A stretch of DNA of 64,000 bases from Candidatus Moranbacteria bacterium GW2011_GWC2_40_12 (GTDB taxonomy: Bacteria; Patescibacteriota; Minisyncoccia; Moranbacterales; UBA11712), in the NCBI GenBank assembly GCA_000995965.1, contig LBYD01000001.1, forward strand, positions 207,265-271,264, written 5' to 3'. A program made the translations under genes and the position numbers. The notes under the pieces were generated by a model that was not told the DNA's origin, searched no databases, and saw nothing but the letters and a program-made list of their open reading frames with translations. This document shows, piece by piece, positions 1 through 9,902 of this stretch (within the stretch, counting starts at the first letter, position 1; the number at the start of each line of letters is the position of its first letter).

Positions 1-19
1 TCTGCTATTGGGCTCGTTG

Positions 20-92
20 AGCCAGCGGAGGGAGTCGAACCCACGACCCACTGTTTACAAAACAGTCGCTCTGGCCACTGAGCTACGCTGGC
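20..92 (-). tRNA. tRNA-Thr (TGT)
   Basis: Reverse complement GCCAGCGTAGCTCAGTGGCCAGAGCG-ACTGT-TTTGTAA-ACAGT-GGGTCGTGGGTTCGACTCCCTCCGCTGGCT forms a cloverleaf with anticodon TGT; no encoded CCA. Confidence 0.95.
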
Positions 93-104
93 ATATTTTT
101 TATT

Positions 105-815
105 TTAGCTTCCCAGCCTCATTTTCATTTCAATTTCCCGCAAGCTGCTTTTGGCCTTGAGATCCCGCGGGCGAAGCTTCAAAACCATTTTGAAAGAATC
201 TTTCGCGTCTTTTATATTTCCGATGGAAAGATAATAATCTCCGAGCTCTCGGTAGGCTTCGTTGTCTTTTGGATTTTCAGCTATGCGATGGATAAGTGCT
301 TCTTCTCTTGCTTTATCTTCGGTTGCCAGTTCCGGCATAATCCTTTGCGGTGCCGGCTCTTCCTTTTTTTTCACAATTATTTCTTTATTGAAAAAACCCG
401 CTTTTTTTAATATGCTGCGATTCTCTTGTGTTTTTTTCTCTATCATCACATCGAAATTATGACCAACATTTTCGCTTTCAAAATACAACTTCTCATCGCT
501 TCTTTTATTGGATGAGTCCGATGATTTTTTCCCCAGTCTTTTTTCTTTCATTCTATTGAGAACGTTTGACACAGATCCCTCTGATTTTTTTATTCCGATT
601 TTAGCCAGAAACATCACTCTCTCAAGGAATCTCAAAATTGAAGTCCAGATTTTTTTCCATGTTTCCCCCTTTTTTTCATTTTCAGGCAATTTTTCAGTGC
701 GGGAAACGAAAATTTCTCCTCTTTTTTTCAAAAAAGCTGTTTTTTTTCCAAGCAGGACAACCAAAAAAATCAAAGCGGAAACAAAAATTATCGGTGGCAC
801 ATAAATCCAAAGCAT
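105..815 (-). CDS. Membrane-anchored protein with C-terminal TPR repeat
   Basis: N-terminal hydrophobic helix; C-terminal NPKDNEAYRELGDYYLSIGNIKDAKDSFKMVLKLRP is TPR-like. Confidence 0.75.
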   Translation of the reverse strand: MLWIYVPPIIFVSALIFLVVLLGKKTAFLKKRGEIFVSRTEKLPENEKKGETWKKIWTSILRFLERVMFLAKIGIKKSEGSVSNVLNRMKEKRLGKKSSDSSNKRSDEKLYFESENVGHNFDVMIEKKTQENRSILKKAGFFNKEIIVKKKEEPAPQRIMPELATEDKAREEALIHRIAENPKDNEAYRELGDYYLSIGNIKDAKDSFKMVLKLRPRDLKAKSSLREIEMKMRLGS

Positions 816-816
816 A

Positions 817-1611
817 TTATTCTAGTTCATTTTTATCGACAAAAATTAATGATTTGTCTTCCAGCTCAATCTCTATTTTTCCACTCATTAGGTTCACTTC
901 CTTGACAATAGCTTGTTTTCCTTTATATTTCACTTTTTCTCCGAATTTAGGCAATTGCTCTGCCATCTTTCGGTATTGCTCCTCTTCAAAGGCCAGGCAG
1001 CACATCAGCCTTCCGCAAACACCTGATATTCTTTCTGAACCGCGATGGGCAATTTGCTGTACTTTCGCCATTTCCGAGGTTATGCTGGGCAGGTTGCTCT
1101 TAAATCTAACACAGCAAAGCTCGCGACCGCAAATTCCGAATCCCCCGCTCTGACGGCTTTCATCCCGAGCTCCAATCTGATGCAGTCTGATCGACCTCTG
1201 CATTTTTTTCGATAATTTTTTGACAAGATCACGGAAATCAACCCGTCCGTCAGATGTAAAAGCAAAAGTGATTCCACCCCCGTCAAAAGAATAATTCGCA
1301 TCTACGATTTTCATCGGGAGTCCCGATTTCTTCACTTCGCTCTGGCATATTTTGAGGGCTTCTTTTCCTTTTTTCCGAAAATCACGAATATTTTTTAAGT
1401 CAATCAACGTTGCCTTTCTAACATACTTGGCGGCTTCTTCGATCTTGTCCGATTTTTCACTTTCGGAATCCGGAGCCCTCCCCTCAACAATTGCCTGTGA
1501 TATTCCGCTTTCAACCTCGATCACTATTACATCTCCTCTTTCGAGAGACTGATCTGTTTGGACCACAAAAGGGTTGCTCCAGCGGTTCGTTTTAACGAAA
1601 AACTTTTTCAT
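817..1611 (-). CDS. PSP1/RicT (YaaT) family Fe-S regulatory protein
   Basis: GRVDFRDLVK, LHQIGARDE, GICGRELCC and GVCGRLMCCL motifs; ATG at 1611 preferred over 1644, which overlaps tsf. Confidence 0.9.
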   Translation of the reverse strand: MKKFFVKTNRWSNPFVVQTDQSLERGDVIVIEVESGISQAIVEGRAPDSESEKSDKIEEAAKYVRKATLIDLKNIRDFRKKGKEALKICQSEVKKSGLPMKIVDANYSFDGGGITFAFTSDGRVDFRDLVKKLSKKMQRSIRLHQIGARDESRQSGGFGICGRELCCVRFKSNLPSITSEMAKVQQIAHRGSERISGVCGRLMCCLAFEEEQYRKMAEQLPKFGEKVKYKGKQAIVKEVNLMSGKIEIELEDKSLIFVDKNELE

Positions 1612-1624
1612 TATACTAAACTGA

Positions 1625-2239
1625 TCAGATTTCAAACCGGACAATTCTTTCGATTTTAATATTTTCTCCTATTTTTGAAATCTTTTCTTTGATTAAATCT
1701 TCCACAACGATGTCGGGGTTTTTTATAAACTTCTGGGAAAGCAGGCACTGCTCCGAAAAATGTTTTGCTGTTTTTCCCGAAATGATTTTTTCAATGACAG
1801 CAGCCGGCTTTTTTTCACCTGCAAGCTCATTTTTCGCCAATATTTCATATTCCTTTTTTTCTTGCGGAGAAACATCGTCAAGTGAAACGTATTTCGGATC
1901 CATTGCCGCCACATGCATGGCCAGATCATGAGCAAGTTCCTGAATTTCAGAATTTTTTGCCGCAAAATCTGTTTCGCAGCGAATTTCGATCAATGAGCCG
2001 ATCTTTTTGTTGCTATGGATATAGGCGGAGACAAGGCCCTCCTTTGTTTCCCGCCCCGACTTTTTCTGGGCTTTTTCTTTACCTATTTTTCTGAGATATT
2101 CCCGTGCCATTTCTATGTCTCCTTTCGAATTTTCAAGCGCATTCCGGCACTCCATAACACTCGCGCCTGTCAGTTCTCTGAGATTTTTCACTTTATCCGC
2201 TGAAATTTTGGGTGTCCCGTTTGAAATTTCTTTTTTCAT
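1625..2239 (-). CDS. tsf: Translation elongation factor Ts (short form)
   Basis: VKNLRELTGASVMECRNAL and EIRCETDFAA motifs; directly downstream of rpsB. Confidence 0.97.
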   Translation of the reverse strand: MKKEISNGTPKISADKVKNLRELTGASVMECRNALENSKGDIEMAREYLRKIGKEKAQKKSGRETKEGLVSAYIHSNKKIGSLIEIRCETDFAAKNSEIQELAHDLAMHVAAMDPKYVSLDDVSPQEKKEYEILAKNELAGEKKPAAVIEKIISGKTAKHFSEQCLLSQKFIKNPDIVVEDLIKEKISKIGENIKIERIVRFEI

Positions 2240-2250
2240 ACAATTTTTTC

Positions 2251-3138
2251 TTATTTAGGGCTATTTTCCCCCATGCCTGCCATTTCATCCGATTTCTTCA
2301 GGGGGTCATTTTTTCGATTGTTCTTATTTTTCAAAACTGATTTTTCAGTTTTTGGAACGGTCTTGATTTCGTTTTTTGATTCCTTTATGGTCTTCGCGAT
2401 TAAGCCGACAACAAACCTGAGCGAAGAAAGAGCATCATCATTGGCTGGAATCAAATAGTCTATGGGATCGGGATCAGTATTGGTGTCTACGATGCCAATT
2501 ACCGGTATTCTCATTTTTTTCGCCTCTTTCACTGCCAAGTCATTTTCTTTCGAGTCAGCGACAAAAATTGCCTGGGGGAGAGAATCCATTTTCTTTATTC
2601 CTCCCATCTTTTCGTTCATCCGGTCTATCTCTTTTTTGAATCGGAGACGCTCATATTTTGTATATTTTTGGAGGTCCCCTTTTTCCATCTTATCTTCCTG
2701 ATCATTGAGATATTTGATTCTTTTTTTCACCTCCCGATAATTCGTAAAAGTTCCTCCAAGCCACCGGTTGTTCACGAAAGGCATTCCCGCATATTGGGCG
2801 CATTCCTCAATGACATGCCTCGCTTGCGGTTTTGTTCCCACAAAGATAATCTTTCCTCCATTGGTCGCGACATGCCGCACGAACTCAAGAGCTTTTTCAA
2901 AAAGAACCAGCGTTTTTTCGAGGTCGATTATGTAGATTTGGCCTTTTTCCGAAAAAATGTACGGTTTCATTTTCGGATTCCAGCGGGATTTTTTGTGTCC
3001 GAAATGGACACCGAATTTCAGCATCTGCTCGATAGAAAGCTTCAGCTCCTCATACTTAAAACCAGCCGCTATTGCCTGGCTGTTTTGAGGGGTAATCTCT
3101 TTTTGTGGCTCAGTTTGGGCCTGTTTGCTATTTTCCAT
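2251..3138 (-). CDS. rpsB: 30S ribosomal protein S2
   Basis: GVHFGHKKSRWNPKM, RWLGGTFTN and IPANDDA motifs; ATG at 3138. Confidence 0.98.
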   Translation of the reverse strand: MENSKQAQTEPQKEITPQNSQAIAAGFKYEELKLSIEQMLKFGVHFGHKKSRWNPKMKPYIFSEKGQIYIIDLEKTLVLFEKALEFVRHVATNGGKIIFVGTKPQARHVIEECAQYAGMPFVNNRWLGGTFTNYREVKKRIKYLNDQEDKMEKGDLQKYTKYERLRFKKEIDRMNEKMGGIKKMDSLPQAIFVADSKENDLAVKEAKKMRIPVIGIVDTNTDPDPIDYLIPANDDALSSLRFVVGLIAKTIKESKNEIKTVPKTEKSVLKNKNNRKNDPLKKSDEMAGMGENSPK

Positions 3139-3329
3139 TATTTCCCTTTTATTAGTTAGCACCTACTTCCTTCTTTGTGACTCTTTAACCTATATTATTG
3201 CCTTATATAGGACAAGGAAGAATCGCTCCGGAAGTATGAATTTTTACAGGTTTTAGTTTAGCATTTGACGAGAGACTTGTCAATTTGAAAGAATAATGTT
3301 AGTATTTCTAGGAGCTACGCAGCTTTTTC

Positions 3330-3416
3330 ACGAATTACGAATCTCTTACGAATATACCTATGCTTTGAATTCGTAATTCGTATATTCGTTGAGCGAAGCG
3401 TATTCGTAATTCGTAA
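3330..3416. repeat. Inverted ACGAAT/ATTCGT short-unit array
   Basis: ACGAATTACGAAT..ACGAAT followed by ATTCGTAATTCGTATATTCGT..ATTCGTAATTCGT; related arrays near 12715, 13036 and 25240. Confidence 0.75.
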
Positions 3417-3424
3417 AACTAGTC

Positions 3425-3766
3425 ATGAAAAAAGATATTCATCCAAAATACTATCCAGAAGCCAAAATTATTTGCGCTTGCGGAAACGTTATTACCACCG
3501 GATCCACGAAGCCGGAAATGAAAGTTGAGGTATGCTCTGCCTGCCATCCCTTTTACACTGGCAAGAAACGCCTGGTTGACTCCGCCGGACGCCTAGACCG
3601 CTTCAAGAAACGCTTTGAAAAATCAGCGGAAATCAAGGCGGGCATCGCCAAAAAACTGGCCTCGAAGGAGAAAAAGAGAAAAACCAAGCTGGTGATAACA
3701 AAAAAAGTTTCCAAGAAAAAAACCGCTAAAAAAGTTGCCGAAACGAAAACTACCAAAAAGAAATAA
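3425..3766 (+). CDS. rpmE: 50S ribosomal protein L31 (Zn-binding type) with Lys-rich C-terminal tail
   Basis: [14 protein letters not shown] and [10 protein letters not shown] motifs. Confidence 0.97.
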   Translation: MKKDIHPKYYPEAKIICACGNVITTGSTKPEMKVEVCSACHPFYTGKKRLVDSAGRLDRFKKRFEKSAEIKAGIAKKLASKEKKRKTKLVITKKVSKKKTAKKVAETKTTKKK

Positions 3767-3786
3767 CCTTCAATTATATATTCGAC

Positions 3787-3809
3787 AAAACCCGCCCCAG
3801 GCGGGTTTT
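3787..3809. terminator. Bidirectional intrinsic terminator between convergent rpmE and SemiSWEET genes
   Basis: AAAACCCGCC-CCA-GGCGGGTTTT. Confidence 0.75.
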
Positions 3810-4062
3810 ACTTATAGACAAGTTTAGCCGTAACGAGCGATATGGCGAGAAGAAGTTCGAGGGTATTCATCACAATGACCGGCATTTGCCTGATGCCAAT
3901 TCCGTAAATAAGAAACAAAACTAGTCCGAAAGTATAAATCAGACTCCAAAGCAAAGAAACATCAGCTGTTGATTTTGTTTTCCAGGATTTCCGGACTTGC
4001 GGAATAAGCGCAATCGCCAGCAAAGACCCCGCCGCATAGCCTGTGAGTTGAATTGTGTCCAT
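3808..4062 (-). CDS. SemiSWEET / PQ-loop sugar transporter
   Basis: 84 aa, three TM helices, LIPQVRKSWKTKSTADVS PQ motif. Confidence 0.9.
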   Translation of the reverse strand: MDTIQLTGYAAGSLLAIALIPQVRKSWKTKSTADVSLLWSLIYTFGLVLFLIYGIGIRQMPVIVMNTLELLLAISLVTAKLVYK

Positions 4063-4146
4063 TTTTATTTGCTAAATATTGTAAAATATTCAAATATATG
4101 CTATTTTTAATCAGAAATTGGATTATTCAATGATAATATACATTTC

Positions 4147-5214
4147 ATGAAAAGCCAAATTGACGCCGTGAAAAAAGAATACGACGCGCTGAAAAGCGAG
4201 CTCGAAAAGCCCGGCGTTGTTTCTGATGGAAAAAAAATGAAAGAAATTGGCAAAAGAATGTCAGAGCTTGAGGAAATCAAGGCAAAAATCGACGAACTCG
4301 AGGGCATAGAAAAGAATATGCGCGAAAACGCCCAGATTGTAAACGCGGAAAAAGATCCGGAACTCAAAGATATGGCAATGGCGGAAAACGTGAGTCTTGC
4401 CAGGAATAAAGAAAAAACTGAAAAAGAACTGCAGTCTCTTTTTATCCCCAAAGATCCAAATGATGCTAAAAGTGTAATTATGGAAATCAGGGCTGGCGCC
4501 GGCGGGGACGAATCGGCTCTTTTCGCCGCCGAGCTTCTTCGGATGTATTCGCACTTTGCCGAAAAGAACGGATGGAAAATATCCATCCTTAGTTCAAATC
4601 GAACGCCGATTGGCGGATTCAAGGAGGTTATTTTCAGTATCGAGGGAAGTGGAGCTTTTGAAAAAATGAAATATGAATCCGGAGTTCACAGGGTGCAAAG
4701 GGTTCCTGAAACTGAAAAAACCGGCCGTATCCACACATCGACTGTAACCGTGGCTGTCCTTCCGGAAGCCGAAGAGGTTGATATTGAGATAAATCCCGCT
4801 GACCTCCGGATTGACACATATTGCTCCTCCGGACCCGGCGGACAAAGCGTCAACACAACATATAGCGCCGTCCGCATCACACATATACCAAGCGGCACCG
4901 TTGTCACCTGCCAAGATGAAAAATCCCAGCAAAAAAACAAGGAACGAGCCATGAAGGTCCTGCGATCCCGCATTCTCGCGTCCGAAGAGGAAAAAAGAGC
5001 CAAAGAACTCGGAGAAGCAAGGCGCGGCCAAATTGGAACCGGAGACCGCAGCGAGAAAATCAGAACTTATAATTTTCCCCAAGACCGCATAACTGACCAC
5101 AGAATCAAGGAAAATTGGAGCAACATTGGAAACATTTTGGGTGGAAATCTGGACGAAGTAATTGATAAATTGCGAGAAGAGGATTTGAGACGAAAAATTG
5201 CCTCAACAGCTTGA
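4147..5214 (+). CDS. prfA: Peptide chain release factor 1
   Basis: GGQ motif, PET (PxT) tripeptide, [10 protein letters not shown] and [14 protein letters not shown]. Confidence 0.98.
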   Translation: MKSQIDAVKKEYDALKSELEKPGVVSDGKKMKEIGKRMSELEEIKAKIDELEGIEKNMRENAQIVNAEKDPELKDMAMAENVSLARNKEKTEKELQSLFIPKDPNDAKSVIMEIRAGAGGDESALFAAELLRMYSHFAEKNGWKISILSSNRTPIGGFKEVIFSIEGSGAFEKMKYESGVHRVQRVPETEKTGRIHTSTVTVAVLPEAEEVDIEINPADLRIDTYCSSGPGGQSVNTTYSAVRITHIPSGTVVTCQDEKSQQKNKERAMKVLRSRILASEEEKRAKELGEARRGQIGTGDRSEKIRTYNFPQDRITDHRIKENWSNIGNILGGNLDEVIDKLREEDLRRKIASTA

Positions 5215-5319
5215 AACTCAAATCCTATGCAAAAACACGTCGGAAAAGATACGAGTTATATAATTCAGCATTTTCGCTATATTTTTTCTCGAAGTTCCAT
5301 ATTTTGAGATCAAGTTATT

Positions 5320-6198
5320 GTGACTGTTCGACATATTTTGCGTGACAAAAAGATACTTAGCTGCATAGCTCCTCTAGACTTGGAGCTTATTTTGTCTTTG
5401 GCCACGAATAGACCCAGGGAATATCTCTTCGCTCATCCGGAGCAAAAATTGAGCCTCAAAGAGCTTGATAAATTCAACTCTTTTCTAATAAGGCGCAAAA
5501 AAGGCGAGCCAATTGCCTATATGACCGGCAAAAAGGAATTTTATGGCTTGGAATTCGAGGTGAACAGAAACGTTCTGATCCCCCGCCCCGAAACGGAATT
5601 GCTGGTAGAAAAAGCACTGGATCTCGTTCCCGAGGTTGAACCTTTGACTGTTATCGACGTTGGCACGGGCAGTGGAAATATTATTATTTCCGTTGTTGAA
5701 AACCTTCCGGCTAATATCCGAAAAAAAATTGATTTTTATGCCACTGATGTATCAAAAAAGGCCTTATTTAAAACAAAAAATAATGCTCAAAAACATAAAG
5801 TGGCCCAATATATAAAGTTTATCCGGTCTGATCTTTTGGAATATTTTCTCAAAAAAAAGACAAAGTTTGAAAATTTATTAATCGTTGCCAATCTTCCCTA
5901 TGTTTCTGCCAGTATATACAAGAAAAATATACGTAATCTCAGATATGAGCCAGAATTGGCATTAATAAGCGCCGAAAAGGGCCTGGGACATTATCGGCGG
6001 CTTTTGAGGCAAATTGCCGAGATTAAGTCGGATTACGCATTACGGATTATATGTTTCGCGGAAATAAGTCCCGAACAAAAAAATGGACTGGCTAAAATTA
6101 TGAAAGACGAACTGCCCGAAGCTAAAACAAATTTTGTTAAAGACTTGTCAGGAAGAAATAGAGTTGTGAAAATTAAAATAAATCGCGCTTCTAATTGA
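5320..6198 (+). CDS. prmC: Release factor glutamine methyltransferase
   Basis: GEPIAY, VLIPRPETE, DVGTGSG and ANLPY motifs; follows prfA. Confidence 0.95.
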   Translation: MTVRHILRDKKILSCIAPLDLELILSLATNRPREYLFAHPEQKLSLKELDKFNSFLIRRKKGEPIAYMTGKKEFYGLEFEVNRNVLIPRPETELLVEKALDLVPEVEPLTVIDVGTGSGNIIISVVENLPANIRKKIDFYATDVSKKALFKTKNNAQKHKVAQYIKFIRSDLLEYFLKKKTKFENLLIVANLPYVSASIYKKNIRNLRYEPELALISAEKGLGHYRRLLRQIAEIKSDYALRIICFAEISPEQKNGLAKIMKDELPEAKTNFVKDLSGRNRVVKIKINRASN

Positions 6199-6341
6199 CA
6201 AAAATATGCGAAAGCTGATATATTTCACTCAATAATAGATCATTAAAATTAACCATACTAGAAAGGCAGGTGTACAAAGTGGAAAAGAATCCCAAAAATT
6301 CCGAAGAAAATAAAGAAACTTCGGAAGAAGGAGGGGAGAAT

Positions 6342-6920
6342 ATGAAAATCTGGCTTCAGGAAAACATGAGAATGCTGGTGAGTATCGTAATCGTTGTCGC
6401 TATTGCTGGAGGTATTTATGCCTACTCGAAAAGAACCCAGCCGCAAATTGCGCAAGATGAAGCGATTGAATCGACCGAAGATGCTGAAGGCAAAATCAGC
6501 GTTATAGGCGATGATACGGACAGCGAAAAGCAGATTGCTGATGAAAAGGAGGAAGGTGAGACTGTGTCTCAGGCTCAGCCGGGTACGCAGCCGCAAGCGC
6601 CTCCAACCGAGGCAAGCCAGGAAACTGCGAACTCGTTCGTAGAAACTGCTCAGAAAGGTGACAGCACAACCAAGTTGGCCCGGAGAGCTCTGGCTAACTA
6701 CCTGGAAAAGACACCCGACACAAGCCTCACCGCCGAACACAAGATCTATATTGAGGATTATTTGCGTCGGCAAGTCGAAAACGGCAGGTTGAATGTCGGA
6801 GAATCCAGGGAATTCAGCAAAGATAACATTGCAAATGCTGTCGAAAAATCAAAGGCACTGACCGAGAACCAGCTCAAGAATCTGGAAAAATACTCAAGCA
6901 GAGTGCCTGAACTAATGTAA
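6342..6920 (+). CDS. Hypothetical membrane-anchored extracellular protein
   Basis: GGAGG SD before ATG 6342; one TM helix, acidic linker and a C-terminal domain (ETAQKGDSTTKLARRAL). Confidence 0.75.
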   Translation: MKIWLQENMRMLVSIVIVVAIAGGIYAYSKRTQPQIAQDEAIESTEDAEGKISVIGDDTDSEKQIADEKEEGETVSQAQPGTQPQAPPTEASQETANSFVETAQKGDSTTKLARRALANYLEKTPDTSLTAEHKIYIEDYLRRQVENGRLNVGESREFSKDNIANAVEKSKALTENQLKNLEKYSSRVPELM

Positions 6921-7038
6921 AAAATCTTTTCTAGGATAACTCAAATAAAAATTGTACATTTTCACCCCGCACTTTTCCTGAGACTGATTACAGAGCGCGA
7001 TGAAATATAACATGCAGTTATGGAATGGGGTTTATGGC

Positions 7039-7064
7039 AAAAAACCGGCAATGACCGGTTTTTT
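7039..7064. terminator. Intrinsic terminator
   Basis: AAAAAACCGG-CAATGA-CCGGTTTTTT. Confidence 0.7.
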
Positions 7065-7065
7065 G

Positions 7066-7094
7066 TTTACAAAAAAGATATTTCGCGATAAGAT
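7066..7094 (+). promoter_or_regulatory. Sigma70-type promoter, probably giving a leaderless mRNA
   Basis: TTTACA-17 nt-TAAGAT, 6 nt upstream of ATG 7101. Confidence 0.55.
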
Positions 7095-7100
7095 TCCCTT

Positions 7101-8555
7101 ATGAGAAAAACCTTTCGTCGAATTCTTTTTTGGCTGCTAGTCCTTCTTTTTTTGGTCACCGCGCCAGTTGCCATCCTTTTTTCCCAAGGCTATCGTTTTG
7201 ACCAGAACAAAATGATATTCGTTCACAGCGGGGCCATCACTTTGAAATCTTTGCCTGCCAGCGTAAACATTTTTCTGGACGGGAAGCTTCAATCGGGAAA
7301 AAATCTCGATATCATCAATAGTTCAATGACTGTTGGTGGCTTGAGACCCGGAAATTATCACGTCGAGGCAAGTTTGGATGGGTACAGCCGTTGGGCGAAA
7401 AATGTCGAGGTTCACAGCGGGCTCTCGACGGAATTCTGGAACGTCGTTCTCGCACCGCAAAAAATGGCCGTCAGCGAACTCGAAAGCCGCAACGTTAACC
7501 GATTTTTCCCTTCCCCGTTTGGCAAAAAAACAGCTTACCTTGAAAATATTGATGAAAATATTTCCCTTTGGATGACTAATTTCAAAGAGAACAATACTCG
7601 CCCGATCTTCACCGGAAACGACGCTTTTTTTTCAAAAGACAAACATGAAAATCTGGAATGGAACTTTAAAGAGGATCTGATCCTTGCCCCTGTAGTCCGC
7701 AACGGCCAGAGAGATTATCTCGTTGCCAGTTCTGAAGGAAATATCGAGCCTTCCTATCTTTCGGATTTAGCAAAAATGAAAGGCATGCTGAAAGCGCGGT
7801 GGAGCCCGAAAGAAAAAAATGTTGTTTATTTTATAGCCCAAGACAGCGAAAAGGTAAGCAATCTTTATTCTTTCAGCCTTGACGACAGCACTCTTGAACT
7901 TCTCATTCCGGAAATATCAGTGTATGATCTTTCTCGAAGTTCGATATTTTTTCTGCAAAAAAACAATATTCCCTTTAAAAGCGATTTGGATGGCGGCAAT
8001 TTGATCCAGATAAACGACCGTCCTTTCACGAATTCGGAAATTGGAGAAAATGGCCGGCTGATTGTCTATGACGAAGATCGGCAGGTACTTATTTCTGAGA
8101 ACGGCGAACTTTATGTCCGAAACAACGGAGGCGAGGATCTCCTCAAAAAAATCGGAGACGGCATTTTGGGCGCCCAATTTTCTGACGATGGAAAAAAACT
8201 CTTATTTTGGAGTGAAAACGAAATATCAGTGATTTTTCTTCGCAAGTGGGAAGTCCAGCCTTATCGCGCTGAGAATGAAATTCAGACCATCATGCGGCTA
8301 TCCACGCCTGTCGACAATGTTTTTTGGTTCCGTGACTATGAGCATATTTTCTTTTCCGTGAAAAATAAAATCAAGCTTGTTGAGCTTGATTCCCGCGACC
8401 ACCGGACCATCCTTGACATTTTTGAAAACAACCTTGCGGAATTTCCAGCCGTCTACGACAGCGGAAACGGATACTACTATTTTGTGAAAGATTCGAACGG
8501 AGAAAAGAAAATCTCCTACTTCGCTCTTCCGGAAAAGACAGGGTTTTTCGAATAG
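7101..8555 (+). CDS. PEGA-domain membrane protein with probable beta-propeller
   Basis: TM helix, SQGYRFD, GAITLKSLPASVNIFLDG..GLRPGNYHVEASLDGYSRWAKNVEV (PEGA); repeated FSxDGKK/WSPK motifs. Confidence 0.8.
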   Translation: MRKTFRRILFWLLVLLFLVTAPVAILFSQGYRFDQNKMIFVHSGAITLKSLPASVNIFLDGKLQSGKNLDIINSSMTVGGLRPGNYHVEASLDGYSRWAKNVEVHSGLSTEFWNVVLAPQKMAVSELESRNVNRFFPSPFGKKTAYLENIDENISLWMTNFKENNTRPIFTGNDAFFSKDKHENLEWNFKEDLILAPVVRNGQRDYLVASSEGNIEPSYLSDLAKMKGMLKARWSPKEKNVVYFIAQDSEKVSNLYSFSLDDSTLELLIPEISVYDLSRSSIFFLQKNNIPFKSDLDGGNLIQINDRPFTNSEIGENGRLIVYDEDRQVLISENGELYVRNNGGEDLLKKIGDGILGAQFSDDGKKLLFWSENEISVIFLRKWEVQPYRAENEIQTIMRLSTPVDNVFWFRDYEHIFFSVKNKIKLVELDSRDHRTILDIFENNLAEFPAVYDSGNGYYYFVKDSNGEKKISYFALPEKTGFFE

Positions 8556-8614
8556 ATATTTTTTCGGAAAAAGACGCCTCTGTGAAGTGTTTTTTTGCTA
8601 AAATTATCAGAAAA

Positions 8615-9088
8615 TTAGCGCTTCGAAAATTGCGGGGCGCGCCTTGCCTTTCTCAACCCGGCTTTTTTGCGCTCCACTTTTCGCGCGTCGCGGGTGAGAT
8701 ATCCGAGATCCCGCAACGTTTTTTTGTTAGCCTCGTTATAATTCACGAGCGCTTTAGAGATAGCGAGGCGCATCGCTTCGGCCTGGCCGCGAGGGCCACC
8801 ACCTTTCGCAACGGCGTTCACTTCAAAATCGCCTTCAAAGCCAACCGCTAAAAACGGCGAAGCAATGGATCTTTGAAGTTCGGGAAAGGGAAAATAGTTC
8901 AGAAACGTCCTGTTATTTATCTTGATGCTATCGGGAATTTTGAATTTTTCCTTGGAAACAATAATCTTCACGCTGGTTATGGCCGATTTCCGCCGTCCCA
9001 AACCGTGAAAATACCGCCGCTTGGCGGCCTTTTCAACTTTTTTCTCTTCCTGGACCTTCTTTTTTTTCACCGGTTCTTTTTTGGCCAT
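8615..9088 (-). CDS. rpsI: 30S ribosomal protein S9
   Basis: GLGRRKSA, GGGPRGQAEA and LTRDARKVERKKAGLRKARRAPQFSKR. Confidence 0.98.
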   Translation of the reverse strand: MAKKEPVKKKKVQEEKKVEKAAKRRYFHGLGRRKSAITSVKIIVSKEKFKIPDSIKINNRTFLNYFPFPELQRSIASPFLAVGFEGDFEVNAVAKGGGPRGQAEAMRLAISKALVNYNEANKKTLRDLGYLTRDARKVERKKAGLRKARRAPQFSKR

Positions 9089-9093
9089 AGAAT

Positions 9094-9498
9094 TCAATTT
9101 ACAAAATCAACAGTCAAATTGTGGTTAGCGTCCGAAAAAACCAGCAGTCTTTTCATTCTTTTTGCCCGCAGCTTGTTTTTGGGCAGCATGCCATAAATCG
9201 CTCCCTGGACTATTTTTTCGGGGCTGACTTTCAGGATGTCGGCCGCTGTCCTTGATCTTATGCCTCCGGGATAACCAGAAAATGTATGGTATATTTTATT
9301 TTCCATTTTTTTTCCAGATAGCCGAAGCTTGGCTGCATTCACGAATACCGCAAAATCTCCGTTGTCGATATGCGAAACAAAATCGGCCTTCTGTTTTCCT
9401 TGGAGCACATACGCGGCTCGGGTGGCAAGTCTCCCGAGATTTTCTTTCTCGCAATCAAACAGATGATATTCTCTTTTTGCTGAATTATCCATTTTCAT
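9094..9498 (-). CDS. rplM: 50S ribosomal protein L13
   Basis: LGRLAT, DNGD, SGYPGG and GMLPKNKL motifs. Confidence 0.97.
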   Translation of the reverse strand: MKMDNSAKREYHLFDCEKENLGRLATRAAYVLQGKQKADFVSHIDNGDFAVFVNAAKLRLSGKKMENKIYHTFSGYPGGIRSRTAADILKVSPEKIVQGAIYGMLPKNKLRAKRMKRLLVFSDANHNLTVDFVN

Positions 9499-9896
9499 TA
9501 TTTTTTGACCTCTTCTTTCTTGATTATTTCAATGAGGGCCATTTTCGCGCTGTCGGAACGGCGGTTTCCGGTTTTGATAACCCTCACGAACCCGCTCTTC
9601 CTCGGAGGTAAACTGCCAGTGAGCTCAAAAAGGAACTTCGACCCGATGTTCTTGGGAAAAACAGTTTTCATTTGCCTCAAAGCGGACAAAGCATCTGTCT
9701 TATTCTTTTTTCCGCCAGACAAGGAATCCTTCATTTTTCCGCAAGCTTTTTCAGCGAGAATTTTGAGTTCCTTGGCTTTCGCTTCAGTTGTCTTTATTTT
9801 ACCTCTCAAAAACAGCTCTCCCATCAATATCTTGAACAGGGCTTCCCTTTGCTTTTTCTCCCGCCCAAATTTTCGTCCTTTTTTGAGATGTTTCAT
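9498..9896 (-). CDS. rplQ: 50S ribosomal protein L17
   Basis: MKHLKKGRKFGR, KIKTTEAKAKEL and RRSDSAKMALIE. Confidence 0.95.
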   Translation of the reverse strand: MKHLKKGRKFGREKKQREALFKILMGELFLRGKIKTTEAKAKELKILAEKACGKMKDSLSGGKKNKTDALSALRQMKTVFPKNIGSKFLFELTGSLPPRKSGFVRVIKTGNRRSDSAKMALIEIIKKEEVKK

Positions 9897-9902
9897 AAAT
9901 TT

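Noticed and set aside
6963..7031. Possible further repeat families at 6963-7031 (ACCCC..GGGGT), 55044-55095 (CCCTGTTAAA..TTTAAAAGGG) and 2216-2230
   Set aside because: Each is a single degenerate copy in this window, so it cannot be supported without genome-wide counts.
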